From Cyanobacteria bacterium P01_D01_bin.156 (GTDB taxonomy: Bacteria > Cyanobacteriota > Cyanobacteriia > Phormidesmidales > Phormidesmidaceae), in the NCBI GenBank assembly GCA_039024555.1, contig JBCCQQ010000005.1:64001-128000 (forward strand): a stretch of 64,000 nt of DNA, read 5' to 3'. Shown one piece after another: positions 20,674-30,292 of the stretch. The notes below the pieces were generated by a model. It saw nothing but the letters and a program-made list of their open reading frames with translations, searched no databases and was not told the origin of the DNA. The stretch's first letter is position 1, and every line of letters starts with the position of its first letter. A program made the translations under genes and the position numbers.

Positions 20674-21762
20674 CTATTTCCTGAGCTTGGCTGAACCAAA
20701 GCGCGATCGCAGGGTAATCATCGTTAGCCCTAGGATTGTCATAGGTACAATCACATACATTAGGGCTGCACCAAACATAACCGTATTATCATGCTCGGTT
20801 GTTTTCATCACCAAGTACAAGGTATAGGCTAAGTAATAAACCAGCAGTAACAGACCTTCCCAACGGCTCACCAAATTGTCGTTAAAACAAATGGGAAAAC
20901 ACATGATCGCCACCCCAATCATCACTGGAATATCAAAGGCCATCACTGATGGTTCAATTAAAACGCCTCCAGGAGATAGGGTACTGGTCACTCCCAGAAC
21001 TACCAAAATATTAAAAATATTGCTACCAACCACATTACCTACCGCGATGTCCCGTTCACCGCGAAATGTGGCCACCATCGATGTTGCCAACTCCGGTAGA
21101 GACGTCCCCAAAGCCACCACAGTTAATCCAACAATTAAAGGATTAACATCAAACGCATCAGCAATGGAAACCGCACCACGTACCAATAGTCTAGACCCAA
21201 CTACCAAACAGGCCATTCCCCCTAAGAAGGCCGCACATTCCACACCTACCTGGGACCAAGAAAACTCTTTTGAGCCATACTCCTGCTCATATTCGCTCTG
21301 CACCTCAGGGTTTGTCTCTCGACGGCTCTGATACAGCAAAAACAGGGTATACCCCACACCGCCTAACACTAAAACAATGCCGTCAGAGGAGTTGATTCGT
21401 CCGTCCAAACCAAAGAAAAACAGTAGTCCTGATACCCCAATCATGATGGGTACATCGAGACGGATTAGCTGTTGTGCCACCACGAGAGGGGCCACTACCG
21501 CTGATGCCCCCAAAATCAACAGCACATTGCAGATATTGCTACCAACGACATTGCCAACCGCTAAACTTGCTTGGTTGTTAAGCGCTGCATTTAGACTCAC
21601 TGCCAGTTCTGGTGCGCTAGTGCCAAAGGCAACCACCGTCAGACCAATCACCAGGGGAGAAATACGGACCATGGAAGCCAGATTGGAGGCACCGCGTACT
21701 AGAAAGTCGGCTCCACCCACTAAAAAGGCAATTCCCAATATGAGAAGAACAGTGGCGGTCAT
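20674..21762 (-). CDS. Ca2+/Na+ antiporter (CaCA, YrbG-like)
   Basis: Two alpha repeats GTSAPEL...GSNICN and GTSLPEL...GSNIFN. Confidence 0.93.
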   Translation of the reverse strand: MTATVLLILGIAFLVGGADFLVRGASNLASMVRISPLVIGLTVVAFGTSAPELAVSLNAALNNQASLAVGNVVGSNICNVLLILGASAVVAPLVVAQQLIRLDVPIMIGVSGLLFFFGLDGRINSSDGIVLVLGGVGYTLFLLYQSRRETNPEVQSEYEQEYGSKEFSWSQVGVECAAFLGGMACLVVGSRLLVRGAVSIADAFDVNPLIVGLTVVALGTSLPELATSMVATFRGERDIAVGNVVGSNIFNILVVLGVTSTLSPGGVLIEPSVMAFDIPVMIGVAIMCFPICFNDNLVSRWEGLLLLVYYLAYTLYLVMKTTEHDNTVMFGAALMYVIVPMTILGLTMITLRSRFGSAKLRK

Positions 21763-22230
21763 GACCCTACAGGCTATCTCCTTTGAATACGATATTTGCC
21801 ATTGCCGAGCTAGACATAGAACAGTCCATTAAATATCCTATGCATCCGTACTTTGTAGATGAAATCATACCGGGGATCAGCAACACCTTATTTTTAATTC
21901 TGACGTTAATTTCTTAGGTTTGCCTACCACAGGTTTGCATTGTGCCCATATTTCATAACCTAGGGATTGCTAGAAACCTTAAGCCATAACAACTATGAGC
22001 AATGCAAACGAAAAAGTATTTAACCTTTCGCACCAGCCCAAAACCTTAGCTATATGTAAGAGTCTAACGGCTTCTAGACCTAAACAATGACGATCGACAT
22101 GAAGCAATCCCTTATGACAATACTGCAATCTAATTTATATGTACGTCATTGAGAACAAGATTGGGTATCGTAGAGCCAACCACTGTTCGTGTAAGCTGCC
22201 AATTATTCTGCCCAAACTTGGACTGCTTCC

Positions 22231-22791
22231 ATGACCTTCGCTCCGTGGCGCTCTATCCTAGCGCGAGCCCTACATCGCAATCGCTCCCGCCCCTACTGCC
22301 GATACATGCAGCTAGCCACTATTAACAAACGGGGTAAACCCGCTAATCGTACTGTGGTTTTTCGAGGCTTTGTTCAAGATTGCCTGCAAATCATCACGGA
22401 TGGACGCAGTGAGAAGATAGATGAAATACTGGCCTGCCCCTGGGCTGAGGTTTGTTGGTATTTCACCGTCACCCGAGAACAGTTCCGGATATCTGGTCAG
22501 CTCACTGTGGTTGGAGCTGACAATCAAACTAATATTCGGCTACAGGCTTGGCAAGGGCTATCTCCAAAAGCTCGCCAACAGTTTTATTGGCCTCACCCCG
22601 GCCACCCCAGAGCTGAGAGCAGCAACTTTGAAACTGAGGCCATGGTGTTGGAACAGCCTCCAGATAGTTTCTATGTATTGCTGCTGGGGGTGCAACGAGT
22701 GGACCATTTAAATCTTAAGGGAGAGCCCCAGAACCGCTGTATCTACGAATATACCGATCAAGGTTGGACGATGGGTGCCGTTAACCCCTAA
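22231..22791 (+). CDS. Pyridoxamine 5'-phosphate oxidase-like FMN-binding protein
   Basis: QLATI, PANRTVVFRGF, TDGRSEK, CWYF, EQFRISG, VDHLNL. Confidence 0.88.
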   Translation: MTFAPWRSILARALHRNRSRPYCRYMQLATINKRGKPANRTVVFRGFVQDCLQIITDGRSEKIDEILACPWAEVCWYFTVTREQFRISGQLTVVGADNQTNIRLQAWQGLSPKARQQFYWPHPGHPRAESSNFETEAMVLEQPPDSFYVLLLGVQRVDHLNLKGEPQNRCIYEYTDQGWTMGAVNP

Positions 22792-22800
22792 GCAAGCCCT

Positions 22801-23553
22801 CTACTTAGTTAGAGATGGGCAGCTATTTAAAAATTCTTCAATTGCCCGATCCGTTAACCGACAACAGTCTCCTTCATCATCCTGTTCCTGCGCTAGGGAC
22901 GACAACATTTCTAGCGGTGCTGTTTGTTTTTGTAACTGAGCAATCTGTCTCTCTAGGGTTTCAATTCGATCCACTAAGGTGCGGATGACGGCCGCTTCAG
23001 AGTCAGGCAACTGACCATGTTCCAGAGGTGCGGAGCGACTGGAGCGATGGACTATTCTTCCAGGTATACCGACCACCGTGCAGTCAGAGGGCACATCTCT
23101 GAGAACAACTGAACCTGCACCAATACGAACATTGTTACCGATTTGCAGATTGCCAAGGACTTTTGCGCCAGCACCGACAACCACCTGGGTACCCAGGGTG
23201 GGATGACGTTTACCAGTTTCTTTGCCTGTCCCCCCTAGAGTAACCCCCTGATAAATCAGAGAATAATCTCCCACAATGGCTGTTTCACCAATCACCACTC
23301 CCATACCATGGTCAATAAATACCCCATGACCAACGGTGGCTCCTGGGTGAATTTCAATTCCAGTCATCAATCGAGCCACATGGGAAATAAACCTAGGAAA
23401 GAAAGGAAGACCTAGGTTCCAAAAAGCATGGGCGACTCTATGTAGCAGCAAGGCATGTAGTCCTGGATAGCATACCAGTACTTCTAAAACGTTACGGGCA
23501 GCGGGGTCCCGCTCAAATATCACTTTAAAGTCGGCAATAAAATTTCGTAACAC
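22801..23553 (-). CDS. cysE: Serine O-acetyltransferase
   Basis: ERDPAA, GIEIHPGA, FIDHGMG, GGTGKETGKRHPT. Confidence 0.97.
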   Translation of the reverse strand: MLRNFIADFKVIFERDPAARNVLEVLVCYPGLHALLLHRVAHAFWNLGLPFFPRFISHVARLMTGIEIHPGATVGHGVFIDHGMGVVIGETAIVGDYSLIYQGVTLGGTGKETGKRHPTLGTQVVVGAGAKVLGNLQIGNNVRIGAGSVVLRDVPSDCTVVGIPGRIVHRSSRSAPLEHGQLPDSEAAVIRTLVDRIETLERQIAQLQKQTAPLEMLSSLAQEQDDEGDCCRLTDRAIEEFLNSCPSLTK

Positions 23554-23890
23554 GTAGACGTCCTCAAAGCTAATAGAGTGTGGCTGCAGTTAGTGACTAG
23601 CCTAAGGCTATTTGATATCGGTTGTATAAGAATTCTCAGCCAATAGATTTAGATGGACAAGTGGCACAGCCTAGTCAAAATACCGTGGATACCGTTGAGT
23701 ACAATCATCAGCAATCACGGTGGCTCTGGCCCATCTAGCTGTGGCTGTCAGACCTGGCACCTAGCATACCGCAGGGATTGAAGTTCAACCTGAGGGTTGG
23801 CTTAATTTCACCCCAGTGACTGTAGACGGAACTGTTCGGTGGCATGGCCTCTGCTCACTCGCGTCTTTCGTTTATTCCATTTGACTCACC

Positions 23891-24838
23891 ATGGCTGATA
23901 TCCAATCGCCCTATGTCTTATTTGTGCAGCACGGTTGGCATGATACCAACCGCCGCATTTATCAACTAGGTCGTGCCCTCGCCGATGAACAAACAGAGTT
24001 AGTTGCCCCAAACCTGGGGTTAGTTAAAACCTGGTGGCGGCTCGAACCCTTAATCCACCAAGTCGAGGAGGCTGCGATCGCAGCCCAGCAGCAGCATCCC
24101 GACTGCCCCTGGCGGATTGTGGGCCATTCCATGGGAGGCTTAATTTGGTTGGAACTTCTACAACGTCATCCCGAATGGTGGCCCCGTATCGCATCCGTTA
24201 GTTTAGTCAGCTCCCCCGTAGGTGGGGCTGACTTGGGCCGAATTTTGGATCCGTTTTGCTGGGGCATTGGTATTGCTAGAGATTTAGGCACCGACCGCCG
24301 ACCCATAGCCGAACATCTAGCCCAGCACATTCCTGTGCAAACCATCGCCAGTGATTACGATGGCGGCAGTGATGGCACGGTCCCCATCCAGTGCTCCCAG
24401 TTTCGCCATGGCCGCTACACACAGCTACGGGGCATTCGCCATGACAACACCAAAGACCATCCCAACGTGATTCAAGCAATTCAAACCTTTTGGAACAGCT
24501 TAGAAATCCCAACTACCGATATCGCTGACAACGACAGTCCATGGGAAAACAACATCATTGCTCAATTGCATCGTATCCCTGGCATGACCGATGCCCATCC
24601 TCGCGATTTTGAGCGCGCCCAAGTCTGGGCCAGGTTGGAAGATGGATTTACCCTCAGAATTTGGCGTAGCCCCCTGGGCATTCATCACATATTTTTAGCC
24701 AACCATCAAAACGCATGCCGGTTTGCTGGCTTTGTCGGCTGGCCCCACACCCGTGGACTGTACGAACACCTGACCAAAATACAGCAACAACACGGCTCCT
24801 CAGCCATGCCTAAAAAATCTATAGAGCAATTTTTATAG
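23891..24838 (+). CDS. Lipase-like alpha/beta hydrolase
   Basis: QHGW, GHSMGG, SDGTVP, His (IRHD); extra C-terminal domain. Confidence 0.8.
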   Translation: MADIQSPYVLFVQHGWHDTNRRIYQLGRALADEQTELVAPNLGLVKTWWRLEPLIHQVEEAAIAAQQQHPDCPWRIVGHSMGGLIWLELLQRHPEWWPRIASVSLVSSPVGGADLGRILDPFCWGIGIARDLGTDRRPIAEHLAQHIPVQTIASDYDGGSDGTVPIQCSQFRHGRYTQLRGIRHDNTKDHPNVIQAIQTFWNSLEIPTTDIADNDSPWENNIIAQLHRIPGMTDAHPRDFERAQVWARLEDGFTLRIWRSPLGIHHIFLANHQNACRFAGFVGWPHTRGLYEHLTKIQQQHGSSAMPKKSIEQFL

Positions 24839-24900
24839 GTATTGGGCACGCTGTTAGCACGGTCTTCAAGACTCTAAGTCCTTCTATCGTCACATTCAAC

Positions 24901-25917
24901 GTGTATCTAGCGTCCCCTCAAATTACCCCGCGAGTGCAGCCGCCAGAACTAGCACCAGAACTGTCGATTGTGGTGCCCCTATACTGTGAAGAATCGAACG
25001 TTGACTATTTATTTCAGCGTCTAGAAGCCGTAGCCCAAAATTTGGGAGTGACCTACGAAATTGTCTGTGTAGATGACGGCAGCAAGGACCAGACTCTGCT
25101 GCGGCTGATTGACCACCATCGCCGTAACCCATCCATTAAGGTTGTGTCCCTGGCTCGTAACTTTGGTAAAGAGCTGGCCCTAACGGCAGGAATTGATTAC
25201 AGTCGGGGGCAGGCCGTTGTTCCCATCGATGCCGACCTACAGGACCCGCCTGAATGTATTCGGCAGCTTATCGAAAAATGGCGCGAAGGCTACGATGTGG
25301 TTTACGCCAAACGCCGCAGTCGTTCGGGGGAAACCTGGCTCAAGAAATTCTCAGCCAACGGATTTTATCGAATCATTGGTCGTATGAGTCAGGTACCCAT
25401 TCCCCAAGATACTGGGGACTTTCGGCTGATGGATCGGCGGGTAATTGAGGCCCTTAAGAAGCTGCCAGAGCGCACCCGGTTTATGAAGGGTCTGTTTGCC
25501 TGGGTGGGCTATCAGCAGACATTTATTATTTATGATCGCGACCCGCGCCACAGTGGCAATACCAAGTGGAACTATTGGAAGCTGTGGAATTTTGCCATTG
25601 ATGGCATCGTTTCGTTTAGCTCTACTCCTCTGAGGGTGTGGGGATATTTGGGGGTAGCGATTTCTATCCTCTCCTTTTTGTATGCCTCATTTTTGATCAT
25701 TCGCACCCTCATTCTCGGCATTGACGTCCCCGGATATGCGTCCCTAATGGTCGCGATTCTCTTTTTAGGTGGGATACAGCTCGTCAGCTTAGGAATTATC
25801 GGAGAATATTTGGGCCGAGTGTATGAAGAAGTAAAGCAGCGCCCCTTGTATTTGGTGCGGGAGTTCTATGGAGAGAAGGCAGAGGAAGGTCAGGTAATAT
25901 CTCCCACTCATGACTAA
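24901..25917 (+). CDS. GT2 polyprenyl-phosphate glycosyltransferase (GtrB/YkcC-like)
   Basis: VDDGSKD, RNFGKE, DADLQDPP, GDFRLMDR, two C-terminal TMs, GEYLGRVY. Confidence 0.93.
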   Translation: MYLASPQITPRVQPPELAPELSIVVPLYCEESNVDYLFQRLEAVAQNLGVTYEIVCVDDGSKDQTLLRLIDHHRRNPSIKVVSLARNFGKELALTAGIDYSRGQAVVPIDADLQDPPECIRQLIEKWREGYDVVYAKRRSRSGETWLKKFSANGFYRIIGRMSQVPIPQDTGDFRLMDRRVIEALKKLPERTRFMKGLFAWVGYQQTFIIYDRDPRHSGNTKWNYWKLWNFAIDGIVSFSSTPLRVWGYLGVAISILSFLYASFLIIRTLILGIDVPGYASLMVAILFLGGIQLVSLGIIGEYLGRVYEEVKQRPLYLVREFYGEKAEEGQVISPTHD

Positions 25918-26584
25918 TATTAAACGCTTTATTTTGCTAATTGCGCTGGTGTGTATTATCGCCACCGGGATTGTCATGTTCTCTTTGGGGGGCATTGACC
26001 CAGCCTGGTTACGGGCCACCCTCGACCGGGCTGGAATTTGGGGACCGATTATCTACATTGTTATTTATACTGTAGCGACTATTCTGGTCCTACCGTCTAC
26101 GGTGCTAAACCTAGCGGGGGGAGCGCTGTTTGGCCCCTGGTGGGGGTCTCTCTGGACCACCATTGGTGCCCTAGTAGCGGCTGTTGTCGCCTTTGGGTTT
26201 ACCCGCACCATCGGACGCGAGCTCGTAGCCAAACGGCTAGCGGGCTACTGGCAAACCATCGATGCGGAAATTTGCAATGGCGGCCTAGTCTATATGCTCT
26301 CCATCCGTCTGTTGCCGGTCATTCCCTACGGATTGGTAAATTTTGCTGCAGGGCTCACCTCCATTAGCTGGAAAGACTATGTCGTGGGCACTGCACTGGG
26401 GACGTTACCTGGTGTTTTACCGTTTGTACTGTTGGGTAGTTCTGGCCTTACCCTATCCCAAACAGGAGATCTGGTACCGCTGGTGGTGGCCCTCACATTG
26501 ATTGGGATGTTAGTGGGTGGAGCTACCTGGTACCGACGACGAACCAGTCCTAACGTTACCCCCAAAGGTCAAGATAATCGTTAG
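25910..26584 (+). CDS. TVP38/TMEM64 (DedA superfamily) membrane protein
   Basis: LPSTVLNLAGGALFG, IRLLPVIPYGLVNFAAG, GTLPG; overlaps the GT2 gene end. Confidence 0.9.
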   Translation: MTNIKRFILLIALVCIIATGIVMFSLGGIDPAWLRATLDRAGIWGPIIYIVIYTVATILVLPSTVLNLAGGALFGPWWGSLWTTIGALVAAVVAFGFTRTIGRELVAKRLAGYWQTIDAEICNGGLVYMLSIRLLPVIPYGLVNFAAGLTSISWKDYVVGTALGTLPGVLPFVLLGSSGLTLSQTGDLVPLVVALTLIGMLVGGATWYRRRTSPNVTPKGQDNR

Positions 26585-26592
26585 CCCTACCT

Positions 26593-28257
26593 ATGAACCG
26601 TTCCGATTCAACCTTTTTTTTGCCCCTAGAAGCCATTTTGATTGGCGTCATCGGTGTCGCGATCGCAGTGCGGTTTTTGCTACTGGATCGCCATGAGCTT
26701 TGGTACGACGAAGCCCTAAGCATTTTACTCTCAACCGGGCAACGGCTCACCTATCAAGCTCCTAGCGATATGCCCGTGGCGCTCCAAGACTACAGCCAGC
26801 TGCTCCAGATACCGGTGGAGCAGGGTCTGGGGGACATGATCGAAACCTTCAAGAATATTCTCAAAGGTATTTTAGGAGATGCCCATCCGCCGTTGTTCTA
26901 TTTGAGCCAGCACCTGTGGATGCGCCTATTTGGGCCGGGTATTGCCGCCCAGCGTAGTCTGGTGGTGTTAACCAGCATTGGCACCATTGGCTGTGGCTAC
27001 GGGTTGGGGCGATTAGTGCTACAACACCGAGGAGGACTGGTTTTAGCGGCGCTGCTAGCCACCAATCCGTTCTTTTTAGCCCATTCCTTGAACCTACGCA
27101 TGTATGCCCTGCTCACCTTTTGGGCCGTGCTGAGCCAGCTGTTGCTACTGTTGTTGTTAGACTACGGCGACAAAAAACGAAATTATCCTCTGCGCCCCAT
27201 CTGGCTAGGGCTGGCGGTGGCAGTGGCAGGCGGGTTATTAAGCCAATATCTCTATGCCTATTGTTTAATGAGTCTGGGGTTGGCGGTATTAGTACTGGGG
27301 CGACGATACTGGTGGCGATGCGGCAGTGCCTTGGCAGCAGGGGTGATTTTGGCAATGCCCTGGGTGCTGTGGGGTACACGCCAGCAAGCCAACAATCGAG
27401 CTGATGTGTTAACTCAAATTTCAGTGACGGGCAGCCCAGCCACCATCGCTTTTAGGCATTTTCAAGACACTGCCCACACCCTGGCCAATCATCTACTGCT
27501 GGGCCATTGGACCACTGGCTTCGAACCCTACGGAGAGACTATTAAACCCACAGCTGTGTTTGTTGGCATTGGGGTGATTCTCTTTCTGGGATTTGTTATT
27601 TGGCAGCTGCGGCGAGAACGACGAATCCTGATGACGGGACTGGTGCTAGGTGTGGCACCGTTGTTGATTGCCCTCAGCCTAGATATTCTGACCAACAAGT
27701 TTACGGTGGGCTTTGGTTGGGGCCGGTCCACCATTGTGGCGTTGCCGGGATGTTTGTTGTTAATTGCTAGCTGGCTGATGACGTTGCGGCGGTGGCAGCA
27801 GCCGGTAATTTTAGGGGTGTTGTCGCTGTATTTGGTGGTGGGCGTAGGTGGTTTTGTGGGACGCGATCGCAGCATTTTTCGCACTATTAACACCTTAGTA
27901 GCACCGGGACAGCGTACATTGATAGCGATAAATTCAAGGGCCTGGGGAAATGTGAGCCGCTTAGCCTATCACGTTGATGGAACTGAGCAGGAGATCGATA
28001 TGCTGATGTTGAACCCAGAAGATTTAGCCGCTGCCCTAGAAACTGCTGTGGATAATAGCAATTATGATCAGGTGTTACTGGCAAATACTCGCTATCCCGT
28101 TTGGAATACGCCAAAAACTGATGAGGCCGCAGATGATTTTTATCGAGATACTCAAACTGCGCTAGAACCTAATTATTTACTGACTGACCAAACGTTTTTA
28201 CCTGGCACGATGAAACTGGACCGATTTGAGATTCGAGCATATCAATATAATCCATAG
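26593..28257 (+). CDS. GT-C fold polyprenyl-P-sugar glycosyltransferase (family 39/ArnT-like)
   Basis: LWYDE, DAHPPLFY, RMY motifs; many TMs. Confidence 0.88.
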   Translation: MNRSDSTFFLPLEAILIGVIGVAIAVRFLLLDRHELWYDEALSILLSTGQRLTYQAPSDMPVALQDYSQLLQIPVEQGLGDMIETFKNILKGILGDAHPPLFYLSQHLWMRLFGPGIAAQRSLVVLTSIGTIGCGYGLGRLVLQHRGGLVLAALLATNPFFLAHSLNLRMYALLTFWAVLSQLLLLLLLDYGDKKRNYPLRPIWLGLAVAVAGGLLSQYLYAYCLMSLGLAVLVLGRRYWWRCGSALAAGVILAMPWVLWGTRQQANNRADVLTQISVTGSPATIAFRHFQDTAHTLANHLLLGHWTTGFEPYGETIKPTAVFVGIGVILFLGFVIWQLRRERRILMTGLVLGVAPLLIALSLDILTNKFTVGFGWGRSTIVALPGCLLLIASWLMTLRRWQQPVILGVLSLYLVVGVGGFVGRDRSIFRTINTLVAPGQRTLIAINSRAWGNVSRLAYHVDGTEQEIDMLMLNPEDLAAALETAVDNSNYDQVLLANTRYPVWNTPKTDEAADDFYRDTQTALEPNYLLTDQTFLPGTMKLDRFEIRAYQYNP

Positions 28258-28604
28258 ACCATATTAGGTAGCCGTCTATTTATTCTTATCCCAAGCGACC
28301 ACCGCCGCTGTCAGCATGGAGGGCGACGCCTTTCTAAAGGAGGGGCTCTGCCAACAGCAGCTTGTCATGAATTTATTAAGCATTATTGACTTATTTTAAA
28401 AAAGAACACTAAAAGAGACTGTTTCTAGCAGGTGTGTTAAACCAATAGCGACGGGTTATGCATTGACACCTTCTAAATAATACATTTTATCTCTTTGAGA
28501 CCGCCAAAGACTTATCGGACAAGGTTTTATTGAGTTTGAATACCTCCAGTGAGTAGTCTCACAGTGGAGACTCCACGTAGTGCACTAATATTTTTGTCTA
28601 AACT

Positions 28605-28937
28605 ATGAAAATGCCTGAATTCGTCAAACCTGAATTTGTCAACGCTGAAGAGCTTCAACATGTAAGAGTTCCCTGCAGTATCCATCTGTGGCAGGTATTG
28701 GAGGGACAACGAAAAAGTCTGACCAACAGCCAAAGTATAAAAACGATGGAATCTCAAAAGGGGTTTACGGAAAAATCTTTTTGGGATGAGTGGCTAGAAA
28801 AATATGATGGACGACTTCCCAATGGTTTTTACTGGATTGACCACCAGGCGAATAATCCAAATATGGTCCTAAGTAATAACTGGTTTGCGGCTGAATATCA
28901 ACTAGAACAAAAAGGCGTTGTTGTTTTTCCAGAATAG
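28605..28937 (+). CDS. Hypothetical protein
   Basis: 110-aa ATG ORF in an AT-rich accessory stretch; no recognised motif. Confidence 0.55.
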   Translation: MKMPEFVKPEFVNAEELQHVRVPCSIHLWQVLEGQRKSLTNSQSIKTMESQKGFTEKSFWDEWLEKYDGRLPNGFYWIDHQANNPNMVLSNNWFAAEYQLEQKGVVVFPE

Positions 28938-29259
28938 TGGCGTGAGAGTCCTGGCAAAGACCATCAATAGGTGATGTAGAAGGTGAATGGTTCTCGTTAA
29001 TGCATTTTTCGGCGGCTTCTACCGAGCCAAAGCTCCCTAGAAATCGTTCTTTTAGAACGGCAAACGGTCACGCTCTTGATAAGGTACTAGCTCAGGTGGC
29101 CATGTGGCATCCCCAGGTAGCAATATAACATTACAAATCAGGGGAGGGGTTTCTCCTCTAATTTGTTGGCTGGTTAAATTTTGGGCTGTGGATAATCGAG
29201 TGCCCAACTACCTCAAGGTTCTTTGTTAGCCTAGCTGTATAGCAACGAACCCATCAGAT

Positions 29260-29817
29260 ATGAAAGACTCATTCAAGGACGTTTCTATTTCATCGTCAGC
29301 GCCCAAAACGGGTGAAATGTTTTTGCAAGAATTAGAAGACGCTCGTCGAGAGAAGATTCTTCAATTTCATGAGATCCATCGGGCTGAAATCGAATCTTCT
29401 TGGGGGTCAAAATCCAAGCATCAGGCCTGGCCAGGTGGCTACATGGACCATCTAACCGAAACGTTTCGAATGGTTGAGACAATGTACGAAGGACTCTCTA
29501 AATTACACCCACTGCCATTTTCAAGAGACTCAGCCATCATTGTCCTTTACTACCACGATGTTGAAAAGATCTGGAAGTACACAGTGGGACTGCCTAAAGA
29601 CTTTGACAAAGGTACATTTCTTTTCGAAACACTTGCCACAGACTACAAGATTAAGTTTTCTCCTGCAGAAGTCAACGCCCTTCGATATATTCATGGCGAA
29701 CCTGAGGCAGAGTACAACCCAGATACTCGATTGATGGGACCTTTAGCAGCATTCTGTCATTCCATCGACACCATGTCAGCAAGAATGTGGCATCACGAAG
29801 GTCAAGGGCTTGGATAA
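29260..29817 (+). CDS. Stand-alone HD-domain phosphohydrolase (YhaM-like HD motif order)
   Basis: HQAWPGGYMDH...YHDVEK...IHG...HSIDTMSA. Confidence 0.75.
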   Translation: MKDSFKDVSISSSAPKTGEMFLQELEDARREKILQFHEIHRAEIESSWGSKSKHQAWPGGYMDHLTETFRMVETMYEGLSKLHPLPFSRDSAIIVLYYHDVEKIWKYTVGLPKDFDKGTFLFETLATDYKIKFSPAEVNALRYIHGEPEAEYNPDTRLMGPLAAFCHSIDTMSARMWHHEGQGLG

Positions 29818-30094
29818 CTCTGCTGATCAATTAAAAGCTTCGCTGTTAGCTGCAATATATTACTTTGCAAGTGAAAATTGATAGAGCAAGTAACGCTAAA
29901 AATCTTAATACTTAAAATCAGACAAACCGTATTAATAAATACAGTTCTACTCAGTTCAATGCTGTTACTAATTAATAGTATGAAGTTCAATATGTAAGTG
30001 CTCTATTGGTTTATTTGAATCAATTAATTTTTTCAAAAACTTTTTTTTGCACTGATTTTTGAGTATTTCAGCGTAGTCTAAAAACAACAATTCG

Positions 30095-30190
30095 GCATCT
30101 AGGGTTCCGACTTAATTGCGTTAAGTGCCTGGTCCAAGAGATGCAGTCAGGCCGTTAAGCCTGATTCACGGAGGGATAAAAGCCCGGGAG
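30095..30190 (+). ncRNA. Guanidine-I (ykkC-yxkD) riboswitch aptamer
   Basis: P1 GCATCT/AGATGC; CTAGGGTTCCG; ACTTAA/TTAAGT stem; TGGTCCAAGAG; TCAGGC/GCCTGA stem; CACGGAGGGATAAAAGCCCGGGAG. Confidence 0.92.
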
Positions 30191-30245
30191 GAGTCACTCA
30201 GCTAAATGCTGATTTGATTTTCACTCCTGGGCTTTATTTTATTTT
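30179..30245 (+). terminator. Riboswitch expression-platform terminator
   Basis: aaagcccgggag (30179-30190, aptamer 3' end) pairs with ctcctgggcttt (30224-30235), followed by a T-rich tract. Confidence 0.8.
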
Positions 30246-30292
30246 AGTCCTCAATTTTAGATGTTTTTAGTTGGCATGTTTGATTTTAGGAG

